Assembly: GCA_029856145.1 (NCBI GenBank)
Contig: JAHQWK010000029.1
Span: forward strand, 1-64,000
DNA: 64,000 bases
Direction: 5' to 3'
Source of the DNA: Promethearchaeia archaeon
GTDB taxonomy: Archaea; Asgardarchaeota; Lokiarchaeia; Sigyniarchaeales; SOKP01
Under the pieces are notes generated by a model that saw only the letters and a list, made by a program, of their open reading frames with translations, searched no databases and was not told the DNA's origin. The position numbers were made by a program, and so were the translations under genes. This document shows positions 1 through 10,013 of the stretch, in pieces. Within the stretch, counting starts at the first letter, position 1; each line of letters opens with the position of its first letter.

Positions 1-1
1 A

Positions 2-370
2 AAACATACTATATATGTACATTTAGATCAATTATTAAAGGAAAATAGGATTTCTAAGAAAGAAAAAAATGGAAAAACAGTTATTCTAATTAAAGACCAA
101 ACTAAACAAGAGGTAATTGAGAGAGCACTAATGGTTTTTGATGAAGAAACTAAATCTATCCTTTATAAATTTATTAAGCAAAAATCTATTAAAGATGAGA
201 ATATTTTACTGTTTTTTAAGGATACAATTCCAAAATTAACATGTTTTATATCAGATTTGTTAGAAGATATTCTACCTAAAATAGTTATACCTAAAGACTT
301 TTCAAATAACCTGAAGGAAAATCTCCTAAAATTCTATTCAAATGAATATATTAGTTCTCAGTTATTTTGA
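2..370 (+). CDS. Winged-helix DNA-binding protein, 5'-partial
   Basis: Frame is open from the window edge through the 131..370 ORF; upstream part translates KHTIYVHLDQLLKENRISKKEKNGKTVILI, a recognition helix plus wing pattern. Confidence 0.6.
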   Translation, partial: KHTIYVHLDQLLKENRISKKEKNGKTVILIKDQTKQEVIERALMVFDEETKSILYKFIKQKSIKDENILLFFKDTIPKLTCFISDLLEDILPKIVIPKDFSNNLKENLLKFYSNEYISSQLF

Positions 371-454
371 TGATTTTACAATTTGGTAAAAAATTATAAA
401 TATCTCTATACATAAAATAATAGAAAGCAATTAATAGCTTTAGAATAGATAACT

Positions 455-1165
455 ATGATCTATAATGATATTGATTTACCTCGATATTTTGCTATATTTA
501 TTACAGATAATTTAATAATTGGTTGTGCAATTTTTTTATCATATAAACTTTTAAGAAGAAAAAGGAATAGAGCAACATTTACATTAAGTAGTTATTACCT
601 TTTTTATAGCATAGGGTTGATAATTAATGAAATAATGTTTCCAGTACTTATAAATCCTATCGCTAGGAATTTTAATCTCTTTGCTACATTCATAGCTTTT
701 CTTTCTTCACCTTTTCTATTAATATTTTTACTCAATCTATATTATACTGAACCAAAATTACATTTCAAATATCAAATTTTGATATTTTTAACATATGCTA
801 TAATTTTGATTTTAATTTTAAATTATCCTGGAGGTTTTCAATACGACGAATCCACAAATTGGAAGCCTCTCTATAGTTTTGAATTATTTATTCTCTTAAA
901 TATTTTTATAACTATTTCAACAATCACACCCCAATTAGTTTATACCATTATATTGTATAAAAATATAATTGAATCTGATTTAAGAAAGAGACTTAATTAT
1001 TTTTTCTTTGGTTTATGGATTGGAAATATATTTATTTATTACGGAGGGATATTCTTCAATACTTGGAGTAATATAACTTTTCGAATAAGTTATAGTATAG
1101 TTATATTTGTGGTTACGATTCTTGTTAGTTTTTTAATTTTTTACGGCGTTGGTAAGGAAATCTAA
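455..1165 (+). CDS. Seven-TM membrane protein (stand-alone 7TM sensor-like)
   Basis: Seven hydrophobic segments, basic loops (RRKRNR, LRKRL), no soluble output domain. Confidence 0.7.
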   Translation: MIYNDIDLPRYFAIFITDNLIIGCAIFLSYKLLRRKRNRATFTLSSYYLFYSIGLIINEIMFPVLINPIARNFNLFATFIAFLSSPFLLIFLLNLYYTEPKLHFKYQILIFLTYAIILILILNYPGGFQYDESTNWKPLYSFELFILLNIFITISTITPQLVYTIILYKNIIESDLRKRLNYFFFGLWIGNIFIYYGGIFFNTWSNITFRISYSIVIFVVTILVSFLIFYGVGKEI

Positions 1166-1287
1166 TTTATGCTTACTAAAATTACGTATAGATTTAAACT
1201 TGATATCTTTTTTTTATATTTAAAGCTTGATATGTAATCCGAGAAAAAAAAACACAAAAAAAAATTAATTTTCTAAAATTAAAAAAA

Positions 1288-1836
1288 GTGAAAAAATTTA
1301 TGGAACAAAAAGTAATGAAGGGAGAAATTGATACAAAGTTTGATGAAGCACTTAAGCAATTTGAAGAGATTTTTCCTAAACTAAATCCTATTGAAGGTGG
1401 CTGTGCAGAAGCAACATTGACAGGCATTTTAAATATACTAGGAATCCAAGATGGATTAATCAATAACATTATGATTCCCTTATCGGGTGGACTAGGTGGG
1501 TATAAGTCTGAAAAAGACTGGTGTGGTCCTTGTGGTGCTATCGTTGGAGGGTGTGCTGCAGTAGGTGCAATTTTAGGAGGAAAAGGAAGAGAAAAGATGT
1601 CGAGTGATTTAGTTCCCGTTGCTTATATGAAATCGGCACAATTTGCGAAAGAATTCGAAAAGGAGTTTGGTTCGGTAATTTGCCCCAACTTATCTGGGTA
1701 TGATTTCAGTGATCCAAATGTATTGATGAAATACGTTGAAGACGGTACATGGGGAAAAAAATGTTATAAGTATGTTTTATGGGCAATTGATCATATTAGA
1801 AAACTCATGGGAGAAGAATTGAAGAAAAATTGGTAG
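1288..1836 (+). CDS. C_GCAxxG_C_C family putative redox-active protein
   Basis: GCAEA, GGLGG, CGPCGAIVGG, FGSVICPNL and KKCYKY cysteine pattern; true start may be ATG 1300 or 1315. Confidence 0.8.
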   Translation: MKKFMEQKVMKGEIDTKFDEALKQFEEIFPKLNPIEGGCAEATLTGILNILGIQDGLINNIMIPLSGGLGGYKSEKDWCGPCGAIVGGCAAVGAILGGKGREKMSSDLVPVAYMKSAQFAKEFEKEFGSVICPNLSGYDFSDPNVLMKYVEDGTWGKKCYKYVLWAIDHIRKLMGEELKKNW

Positions 1837-1935
1837 ATCTACATCAAATTTCAAATTTTTTATTTTTTTTTATTAATCTAAGCCAATCAGAATGAATAAG
1901 AAGAGTATAATCTATAAAAAGGTGTAATTTGGTTA

Positions 1936-2742
1936 TTATTTACCTCTCAATTTTCTTTTTTTAAAGGTATATAAAGCTTTTAGGGGTAAGGTTGAAAGAA
2001 ATGCTATATATTCGCGTTCCTTTACTTCAGGATCGTTATTTTGTGCTGTTACTAATTCAATATTCTTTTTAATAAAATCTAGCTGTGCTTTCTTAAATTG
2101 GTTATAATATTTTTCACTGAAATAGGTCCAACCAAAAAAAGGTCCCAATTTCGAATCAAAGCTAAAAAATTTGTCATAAATTTTTGTAGCATTTGGGATA
2201 TTATCAAGTTGTGATTCAAAACTATTTAATAATGGATTTAATAAGTCTAGTAGAATGTTAAAACTGTGAATGGCGACTCTAGTTAGATCAATTTTTCTTT
2301 TGTAGAATTCAACTAATTTTTTTGGATCTACTGGTGGTGATGGATTAATCGGACGATATTCAAGTACTTGTAGTATTTTTTTGTTTATTTGATATAATTT
2401 TGGAGGGATTTTTCCTTTTTGATGCTTATCAGCTTTTCGTGAAATAATCAAACCGTCTTGTTCCATGTTTTCAAGATGTCTAGCTACTGTAGATTTACTT
2501 TGTTCAACCATATGGCTAATTTGGGTTATATTCAATTCATCAAATACCCTTAAAATGTTCATAATATCAAATCGTATATTATGTTTACCAAGTAGATGAA
2601 AATAGTTTTCAATTGTTTCTATTTCTTTATCATTCAATTTTATTATAATTTCTTCTCCATTTGGTAAGGTTATAGTGAATTTTTGTTCCTTATCCACTTT
2701 TAGCTTATCCGGTACAACTTCACGGTGTTCTTTTTTAGACAT
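1936..2742 (-). CDS. ArsR-like wHTH transcriptional regulator with C-terminal extension
   Basis: IRFDIMNIL...LNITQISHMVEQSKSTVARHLENMEQDGLI HTH. Confidence 0.8.
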   Translation of the reverse strand: MSKKEHREVVPDKLKVDKEQKFTITLPNGEEIIIKLNDKEIETIENYFHLLGKHNIRFDIMNILRVFDELNITQISHMVEQSKSTVARHLENMEQDGLIISRKADKHQKGKIPPKLYQINKKILQVLEYRPINPSPPVDPKKLVEFYKRKIDLTRVAIHSFNILLDLLNPLLNSFESQLDNIPNATKIYDKFFSFDSKLGPFFGWTYFSEKYYNQFKKAQLDFIKKNIELVTAQNNDPEVKEREYIAFLSTLPLKALYTFKKRKLRGK

Positions 2743-2894
2743 TTTTTAATATCATCTCTCTAAAATTCATTAATTTTTTTCATATGTGCTAGTTTCAGTT
2801 TTTTTCTTTAATAATATTATAGCGTACTAATTTTTTAGTTTTTTGGTTTGATAGTCCGTTTCATCAGTTTATGTATTCTAACATTTAAGATGGT

Positions 2895-2989
2895 TTAGTC
2901 TTCGATATAATGGTTTTATTAGATATCATATCAGTGATAAGATTTAAATATAAACCGTCCCAATAATATAACGACATATCGAAGACTAA
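2895..2989. repeat. Perfect 14-bp inverted repeat enclosing a TATA-like box in a divergent intergenic region
   Basis: TTAGTCTTCGATAT (2895-2908) and ATATCGAAGACTAA (2976-2989), 67-nt spacer containing TTTAAATA (2943-2950). Confidence 0.85.
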
Positions 2990-3021
2990 TTTAAAAATAA
3001 AAAAAAAGTTGATAAAAAAAA

Positions 3022-3417
3022 ATGACCGAAATTAAAAAACTTACAAAAATCGTACTTTTAGTGGATACTATTCTTTGGTTCATATTTGGGACACTCCTTA
3101 CATTTCTATATGATATGACCATGAATCCTGAGGGTTGGACAAATCCCTTTCTCCCAAGATTGTTTGGGGGAGTTAATTACCTATCTGCTATTTTCGCAAT
3201 TTTAATGCTTCGCAAAAAAGAATGGGAAGAAATTAAATTTACATTTGAGTATTTTTTAGGTTTAATTATAACGACATTAATCATTGAAGTTACTGTATTT
3301 GCTACATTTAGCTCCACTTTTGGAGCTTCGCAGATTCTAAACAATTCATTTACTATAACTGTAGAGGTTGTACTTTTAACGCTTGGAATTGTCACTTATA
3401 TCAAACAGAGAAGCTAA
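3022..3417 (+). CDS. Small 4-TM membrane protein
   Basis: Four hydrophobic segments, PRLFGG motif. Confidence 0.7.
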   Translation: MTEIKKLTKIVLLVDTILWFIFGTLLTFLYDMTMNPEGWTNPFLPRLFGGVNYLSAIFAILMLRKKEWEEIKFTFEYFLGLIITTLIIEVTVFATFSSTFGASQILNNSFTITVEVVLLTLGIVTYIKQRS

Positions 3418-3614
3418 ACGCCATAAATTAAAAAATTTCTAATTTTTTTTTTTTATTTCTTGAATATTTTCTGTAATTTGGTAAATCTAATTAGATCTCT
3501 GACTATGAAAGAATTAAAAATTAGAATTCAAATTTTAATTAGAATTAAAAATTGAAATCGCTTAGATTTATATTTTTAAAATTTCTAAGATCATTATAAC
3601 TTATATTATTTTAT

Positions 3615-5282
3615 GTGGTATTAATGACAGAAGAACATACACAAGAAGAAAAACCAGTAGGCAGACTTACTGGTAAAACGACAACTCATACAGTTACAGT
3701 CGTATTGGAAGGTACTTCAGTTGAAAGGAATAACTATTTAGTGGTTTATGGTGAAAAAGATGAAGAAGGGAAGAAGCAATATTTTGTAATGTACATTACC
3801 GACATGTGGACTGATGAGAAGGGCCGTATGGCAAAGTTATCCGTATTAGGAGAGAGACCAACAAGACCTTTTGAAATTGGTTCGGATGTCTTCATGGCTA
3901 AAGAAGAGCAAATTTCAAAGATTTTGGGAATTTTCAATCCACCGGAAGAATCCGTCTCTTTAGGAAAACTCATTGGTTATCCTTACGAAGTATATTTATT
4001 AATAAAGAATTTTGGTAGAATTTTCATTACAGGAAAGTCAGGAAGTGGAAAATCCTATACAATGGGAATTCTTGCAGAGGAATTTCTTAAGAAGGGAATT
4101 CCTGTTGTAATATTGGATAGACACGGAGAATATAGCAGTTTAAAAGTTGCTGGCGAAGATCTACCAGAAGGTGAAAGTGAGTTTGTTGATAGCATAATTG
4201 AATTTTCTGATTTAAAGAAAAATAAAGGTGGAGATGTTGATATTGAGTATTTATTTTCATTAAACCCTTCAGATATAGTTGCACCTAATCTTTGTACTAT
4301 AGTTAATTTAAATGGAATGGCCTTAGAAGTTCAAGAAGCAATAGCGGGCAAATTACTCAAAAAACTATATGATGCCAGCACAACAAGAGGTATACCCCCT
4401 TTCTACTTGTTTTTAGATGAGGCTCACTTATTTGCTGGTAAGAAACAAACAGAAACTTGCGCAGTAGTTAGATTATTTGCTCAAGAAGGGAGAAAGTTTG
4501 GAGCTAATATAATCATAGGGACACAACGTCCACAATTATTAGATACTACAATAAGAGCTCAAGCAGGAACTTGGGTTGTTCACAACCTTTCTGATATACG
4601 AGATATTGGAATTACTATTTCGAGCGCTGAAGATTTAAGTAATGAAAATAAATCAGATATTTCTGGGTTGGATAAAGGACAAGCGATAATCTGTGGAGAA
4701 GCTGCTAAGGGAATTCCTCTCTTTGTGGAAATAAGAAAACGGCGAACAAAACATGGGGGCGTTAGCTTTAATCCGTTAGATTTCCTCTCACAACAAACAG
4801 TTGAACAGCTACAAAAGCGAAAAGAAAGGCTTTTAGGCGGAAAATCTGCTGATGAATTAGAAACTGGAAAAACTATATTTGAAGAAATGAGGGAACCAAA
4901 AAAAGCTGCTGATTATTTAGATGAAATTGCATCGCTAAAAGTTAGAATTCAAGAATTAGAGGATGAAGTGTCCCGATTAAAACAAAAAGTTGCGGATGTA
5001 AAAGAGGGAAAAGATATCCCTCTTATTGCTACTGATGAGGCCATAGAAGATTTGCAAATTGAAATAAACGTGTGGAAGGAGAAATACAACTTTTTAAAAG
5101 AAATGGCAGAGAAGGGTGGAGAAGATATGGCCCCCTTAGATGATAACAGCGAAAGGGTATTAGATTTGAATAATAGAATAATAGAAATAGATGCACAGGT
5201 TAAGAAATATAAATCAAAATACGACGATGCGCTAATCTTGGCTGAAAAATCAATAGCTGAACTAAAAAAGAGAAAAAAATAA
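3615..5282 (+). CDS. HerA/FtsK-like (DUF87) ATPase with N-terminal barrel and C-terminal coiled coil
   Basis: Walker A GKSGSGKS, ILDRHGEY, Walker B FLDEAH, EGRKFG, TQRP; heptad-rich C-terminus. Confidence 0.85.
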   Translation: MVLMTEEHTQEEKPVGRLTGKTTTHTVTVVLEGTSVERNNYLVVYGEKDEEGKKQYFVMYITDMWTDEKGRMAKLSVLGERPTRPFEIGSDVFMAKEEQISKILGIFNPPEESVSLGKLIGYPYEVYLLIKNFGRIFITGKSGSGKSYTMGILAEEFLKKGIPVVILDRHGEYSSLKVAGEDLPEGESEFVDSIIEFSDLKKNKGGDVDIEYLFSLNPSDIVAPNLCTIVNLNGMALEVQEAIAGKLLKKLYDASTTRGIPPFYLFLDEAHLFAGKKQTETCAVVRLFAQEGRKFGANIIIGTQRPQLLDTTIRAQAGTWVVHNLSDIRDIGITISSAEDLSNENKSDISGLDKGQAIICGEAAKGIPLFVEIRKRRTKHGGVSFNPLDFLSQQTVEQLQKRKERLLGGKSADELETGKTIFEEMREPKKAADYLDEIASLKVRIQELEDEVSRLKQKVADVKEGKDIPLIATDEAIEDLQIEINVWKEKYNFLKEMAEKGGEDMAPLDDNSERVLDLNNRIIEIDAQVKKYKSKYDDALILAEKSIAELKKRKK

Positions 5283-5415
5283 TTTTTTTTATAATATTTC
5301 GTCCAAATTCTTTTTTTTAATGAATTTGGCTGTTTTAACTAATTTTTTTTAAATATCTTAAACTATATATGTAAAATATTAATTACACAATTATTAATTT
5401 AAAACATATTTACTT

Positions 5416-6495
5416 GTGAGTAGAATCAATTTGAATATTGAAAGTATTAAAGAATTACAGCAAAAGTTATCATCCATACTTGGTGTATCCGGACATGAAG
5501 AAGAAGTTAGTAATTTTATTCTTGAAGAAATTGAAAAGAGAGATTTAGTTGATAAAGTATGGATTGATCCTCTTGGAAATGTTTTAGCTATTAAGGAGGG
5601 AACTACTGGAAAAACTAGGATCTTATTAGACGCTCATATTGATGAAATTGGATTTATGATTTCTCATGTAACAGAGAAGGGATTTTTACGGTTTGTATCC
5701 ATTGGTGGCTGGGATAATAGAATCCTTTTAGGACAATCAGTAATCTTGAAATCTGGGGATGGAAAATTATATAATGGAATTATTGGCTCAAAGCCGCCTC
5801 ATCTTACCACTATTGAAGAGCGAAAGAAAGTAGTTGATATGGAGAATATGTATATTGATATTGGTTTGTCTTCCTATGATGAGGTAATTGAAAATAATAT
5901 TAATATTGGGACTGTAGGTACTTTATTTAGTCCTTTTATAGAATTTCCTAATGGAATGGTTCGTGGTAAAGCATTTGACGACCGTAGTGCTTGTAATGTT
6001 CTCCTTCATACTTTAATGCTTTTAAAAGAAAAAGAACACTCTGATACTGTGCTCTTTAATTTTGCTGTGCAAGAAGAAACAGGTGGTCAAGGAGCTATAA
6101 CTGGAGCTTATAACTTAAAACCTACTATGGCTCTTGCAATAGAGAATACAACTGCTGCCGACGTACCTGGGATTAGCAAAGATAAAATTCCAGTATATAT
6201 TGGACAGGGCCCAGCAATAACAGTTGCTGACAGATCAATCATCTCAAATCCTAAAGTTAATCGACGATTGATTAAAAATGCTGAACAAGAAAATATTCTT
6301 TATCAATTTAAAAAACCTAGATATGGAAGTACCGACGCAGGAAAAATTCAAATCACACGTGGTGGTGTACCAAGTTCGGTTGTGTCTGTTCCATGTCGAT
6401 ATATTCATTCCCCAACGTCCTTATTAAAGTTGGAGGATATTTTAGAAACGGTACGATTAATAGAGGCATTTATAAGAAATCCTGCTAATATCTAA
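5416..6495 (+). CDS. M42 family (TET-type) aminopeptidase
   Basis: SGHEEEV, DAHIDEIG, GKAFDDR, VQEETG, TDAG, PCRYIHSP. Confidence 0.93.
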   Translation: MSRINLNIESIKELQQKLSSILGVSGHEEEVSNFILEEIEKRDLVDKVWIDPLGNVLAIKEGTTGKTRILLDAHIDEIGFMISHVTEKGFLRFVSIGGWDNRILLGQSVILKSGDGKLYNGIIGSKPPHLTTIEERKKVVDMENMYIDIGLSSYDEVIENNINIGTVGTLFSPFIEFPNGMVRGKAFDDRSACNVLLHTLMLLKEKEHSDTVLFNFAVQEETGGQGAITGAYNLKPTMALAIENTTAADVPGISKDKIPVYIGQGPAITVADRSIISNPKVNRRLIKNAEQENILYQFKKPRYGSTDAGKIQITRGGVPSSVVSVPCRYIHSPTSLLKLEDILETVRLIEAFIRNPANI

Positions 6496-6650
6496 TTCTA
6501 TCTTAAGAAATAAATCTTCTTAAGAAATGTTAATTCTTATTTTGCTATAATAAATTTTTTGCCCATTCTCTTCCTTCCAAAAAAATTAACATTAATAAAT
6601 TCTCAAATCAAATTATTTTAATAATAAAATTTCAGTAAAACAATTCAAAT

Positions 6651-8348
6651 TTGATAAAAATGAAAAGAATTGAATTAACCAGAAAAAGAATAATCTTACT
6701 GTGTATGTTTTTAGCAATCTTCGTGATAGGTACGGTTCTAATTTTTATTACACCAATAAGTGTTAAAGCTACTTATAATAAAACAGTTCAAACGAGTGAT
6801 GGAGTTACAATTTCTTTTAATGTGTTTGAGCCTAAAACTGGTGGAGCAAATAAGAAAGTCATAATTTTAGGACATGGGGTGATGTCAAACAAAGAAATGT
6901 TAAAGGGTTATGCTATAGACCTTGCTGCTGCAGGGTTTGTGGCAATACCATTTGATTTTAGAGGTCATGGACAGAGTACTGGTGTACTAGATTGGCAATT
7001 ACTTACATATGATATCGAAGCGATTATAACATATATTAATTCTAGACCTGATATTGACTCCTCCAATCTTGGATATTTAGGTTATTCTATGGGGGGTGTC
7101 GGATTGCAAGTTGTTAATGAATCAACTGACTTTAAGTGTTTCATAGGAGCAGGAACTAGATTTTCTACTAATTTAAGGAAAGGAAGTTCTTCAGCTCCTC
7201 TTAATATACTAATGATTCTTGGACGATACGATGAATTGATAACACCAGAAGATTTAAAAATAGGATTATCTGATTACACCGGAATTCCAGTAGCAGATCT
7301 CGATGTTAATAAATTATACGGGAGCTTTCAAGATGGAAATGCTTCTATGATATATTTAGATGATCTTTCTAATCATGTATTAGGTAATTGGGATCCTGAC
7401 TTCATTCGGGAAGCAAGAAATTTCGCAATGAATACTTTTCCAGACGTACAACCTATCGATGAGAATTTTTATGCAAATATAAGACTATTTATCCTTTCTT
7501 TCCAGCTTCTTGGAGGTTTTGGATTTTTTGTCCTAATTATTGACCCTCTTTCAAAGTTGATTCTAAAGCAGAGAGAAGAAGAATTTTTCAAATTAGATCT
7601 TGAAGATGGAAAAACTTTAACTATCGGAAGTAAAACATTGGGATATTCCTTAATTTTTGGTATACCGGGAATTATTATTTTTATTCCTATAATCCTCATT
7701 GTATTTTTAGCTACAGCAGGTTTCGTTTCCGCTTTATTATTTGGTCAGGCTTTTGGAATTTTAATTTTACTTTGGAGAATGGGTAAGAAAAAGAATATCA
7801 AGCTGACTGAAATCATAAGAAAACCATTTAAAATTTCAAGAAACAATCTTGTTAGACAATTCTTACTGGGATTAATATTAGCTATACTTCTAACTTTAAT
7901 CATTTATCTTTCAGGTGGATTAAATTATATAGGAATGATTCCATCCGTACTAAAAATTCCTTGGATTCCCTTGTTTCTTATAATTAATTTCATCATTTTC
8001 ATGATATTCGGTTTGCTATTTCATGGAGTCCTCCAAAACAAATTTGAAACTGACTTTAAATCTATTTTAAAAGTATCATCACTTATATTCGGATTTCCCT
8101 TTCTATACATGTTTACCTATCTTTTCATCGTATCGCTTCTTATGAGAAGCTTCTTTTATTTCGGATCTTTTATACCTTTTGCAATACCATTATTTCTAAT
8201 GAATGCATTTCTTTCAACATTAATATACCAGAAGACAGATAATATAATTGCAGGAGCTATTGTTAATACATTATTCTTTACCTTAATGATTTGCACAATT
8301 TCACCATATCAAAGTGGATTAAGTTTCATTCTAGGCTTTTTTCGATAA
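6651..8348 (+). CDS. Alpha/beta hydrolase fused to a multi-pass membrane domain
   Basis: N-terminal TM, GHG oxyanion motif, DFRGHGQS, nucleophile GYSMG, many C-terminal TM helices; ATG at 6660 is a likely start. Confidence 0.8.
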   Translation: MIKMKRIELTRKRIILLCMFLAIFVIGTVLIFITPISVKATYNKTVQTSDGVTISFNVFEPKTGGANKKVIILGHGVMSNKEMLKGYAIDLAAAGFVAIPFDFRGHGQSTGVLDWQLLTYDIEAIITYINSRPDIDSSNLGYLGYSMGGVGLQVVNESTDFKCFIGAGTRFSTNLRKGSSSAPLNILMILGRYDELITPEDLKIGLSDYTGIPVADLDVNKLYGSFQDGNASMIYLDDLSNHVLGNWDPDFIREARNFAMNTFPDVQPIDENFYANIRLFILSFQLLGGFGFFVLIIDPLSKLILKQREEEFFKLDLEDGKTLTIGSKTLGYSLIFGIPGIIIFIPIILIVFLATAGFVSALLFGQAFGILILLWRMGKKKNIKLTEIIRKPFKISRNNLVRQFLLGLILAILLTLIIYLSGGLNYIGMIPSVLKIPWIPLFLIINFIIFMIFGLLFHGVLQNKFETDFKSILKVSSLIFGFPFLYMFTYLFIVSLLMRSFFYFGSFIPFAIPLFLMNAFLSTLIYQKTDNIIAGAIVNTLFFTLMICTISPYQSGLSFILGFFR

Positions 8349-8452
8349 TAAGATTAAATACTCCCTTTTTTTTATTTTTGGAATAATAATTTGAAGTTTT
8401 TCTAAGGTAAAATTAAAAATTTTAAATTTGAATAAATCTTATTTTTTCAACA

Positions 8453-9490
8453 ATGACTCAAAACCAGATACTATGTGTTACTTATTTTGATGAAGTCATT
8501 TGACCCAGTACATTATATTCTAGCGAACCACTAGTTGAATCAACTGATACGCCTGATTTAAACCGGATCCTTGAATTCAACGAGGAAGAAGGCACTTTTA
8601 TTTTTGCTTACAGGAAATTTCAAACGGTTAACCATATATTTTATGCTGATTCTGAAATAGCTCGCGGTGGTAAAGAACTAATGATGATCACCTATATGAT
8701 TAAAACTGCTATTTTTAAGGGTGAAATAGTAGATGTTTTTCGATATTTAGACTCAAAAGCACCAGTTTTAGAAGAATTTGCTTCAGAGTTAAAAAAATGT
8801 AATAACCTCTTTTCAATTCTACATCTTAAAAAGAGTGCCTTAACAGGTAAATATGTGCTAGAATTAGCTAATGAGGATTTAAAAAGTAATTTTTTAATGA
8901 TTTTTGACAAATATTTTATGAAATTATCCCCGAAATATAAATTAGAAACTCCCATAAAGGATAAACGTCTAATAAAAAAGTTGTTTATAATTGGTGCTCC
9001 TAGAGTTGGAAAAACAACTTTTTTAAAGAATATTGAATTAATTCAATTTTTAAATATTAAAAGAAATGATTTACCGAGCAGAATTTTTGAGGTTGTTATT
9101 GAAAACCTTGAAATTTTAAAATACGATAACGTTTTGAGTGAATTTGAATGTAAGGAATTTGAAAATTTGCAAAATTGTGTGAATTTCTCTCAAGGTTTTA
9201 TTCTTCTCTTTAATTTATCAGATAAAAATTCAGTTCTTCAAACAAAAGAAATTTTTAAAATTGTTGATAACACACGGCTAGAAATGGAAACAGATTTAGC
9301 TCCAATATTAATAATAGGAAATAAGTTTTTTGATAAAGAAGATATTACTCCTGAATTTGTTTATGAAACCTTTGAAATCGAGCAATTAAAGGAGCTTGGC
9401 ATTAAAGTTCATTATTTTCCAATAAATATCTTAAAAGAAGATGAAAAAGTTATGGAAGCAATACGTTGGTTAATAAAAAAGATAATCTAA
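8453..9490 (+). pseudogene. uDENN/folliculin-like longin domain fused to degenerate small GTPase, interrupted by in-frame TGA at 8501-8503
   Basis: ATG 8453 is in frame with ORF 8681..9490: MTQNQILCVTYFDEVI*PSTLY...SEIARGGKELMMI; C-terminal GAPRVGKT P-loop and IGNKF. Confidence 0.7.
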
Positions 9491-9633
9491 AATCAATTGT
9501 GAAAAAAAAGAAGCTTCCTTTAAAACTTATTACCATTAAATTAACCATCCAGCAAATCTTTTAAATTATTATAAATATATTAAATAAAAATATTCAAACA
9601 TTCAATCTTAAATAATAATTTAGATCGGTAAAA

Positions 9634-9990
9634 ATGGCACTCAAAGGGATAGCATGGGGAATTTTGTTCTTTTTTACAGCAGCTATATATTCAGTAATTC
9701 CCACTTACTTAATAGTAAGGTATTGGGTGTGGTTAAACAGTTTTCCAGTATATACTTTATCATTATTTATGTTATTTTTATGGATTGTAGCTCTTATAAT
9801 TGTTTTAATATATATTGTAGCGATGATACGAGCTTTCATTCAAAGGAATAATGAAGAGGGTCTTGGGATCCCAAGGGGTGTAAAAGGTTTTGGATTGGTT
9901 TCTACAGTGATAATATTGTCTTTTATGTTAATCTGGTACTTGTTATTTAACCAAATAGCCTTTTTCTCTATGGTCCCTCCTTTAAAATGA
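9634..9990 (+). CDS. Small 3-TM membrane protein
   Basis: Three hydrophobic helices, clean ATG start. Confidence 0.7.
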   Translation: MALKGIAWGILFFFTAAIYSVIPTYLIVRYWVWLNSFPVYTLSLFMLFLWIVALIIVLIYIVAMIRAFIQRNNEEGLGIPRGVKGFGLVSTVIILSFMLIWYLLFNQIAFFSMVPPLK

Positions 9991-10013
9991 AGGAATAATA
10001 GCAAAGAAAGCTA

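Noticed and set aside
8501-8503. TGA as selenocysteine
   Set aside because: The position corresponds to a conserved Gly rather than Cys, and no SECIS-like hairpin is visible after 9490
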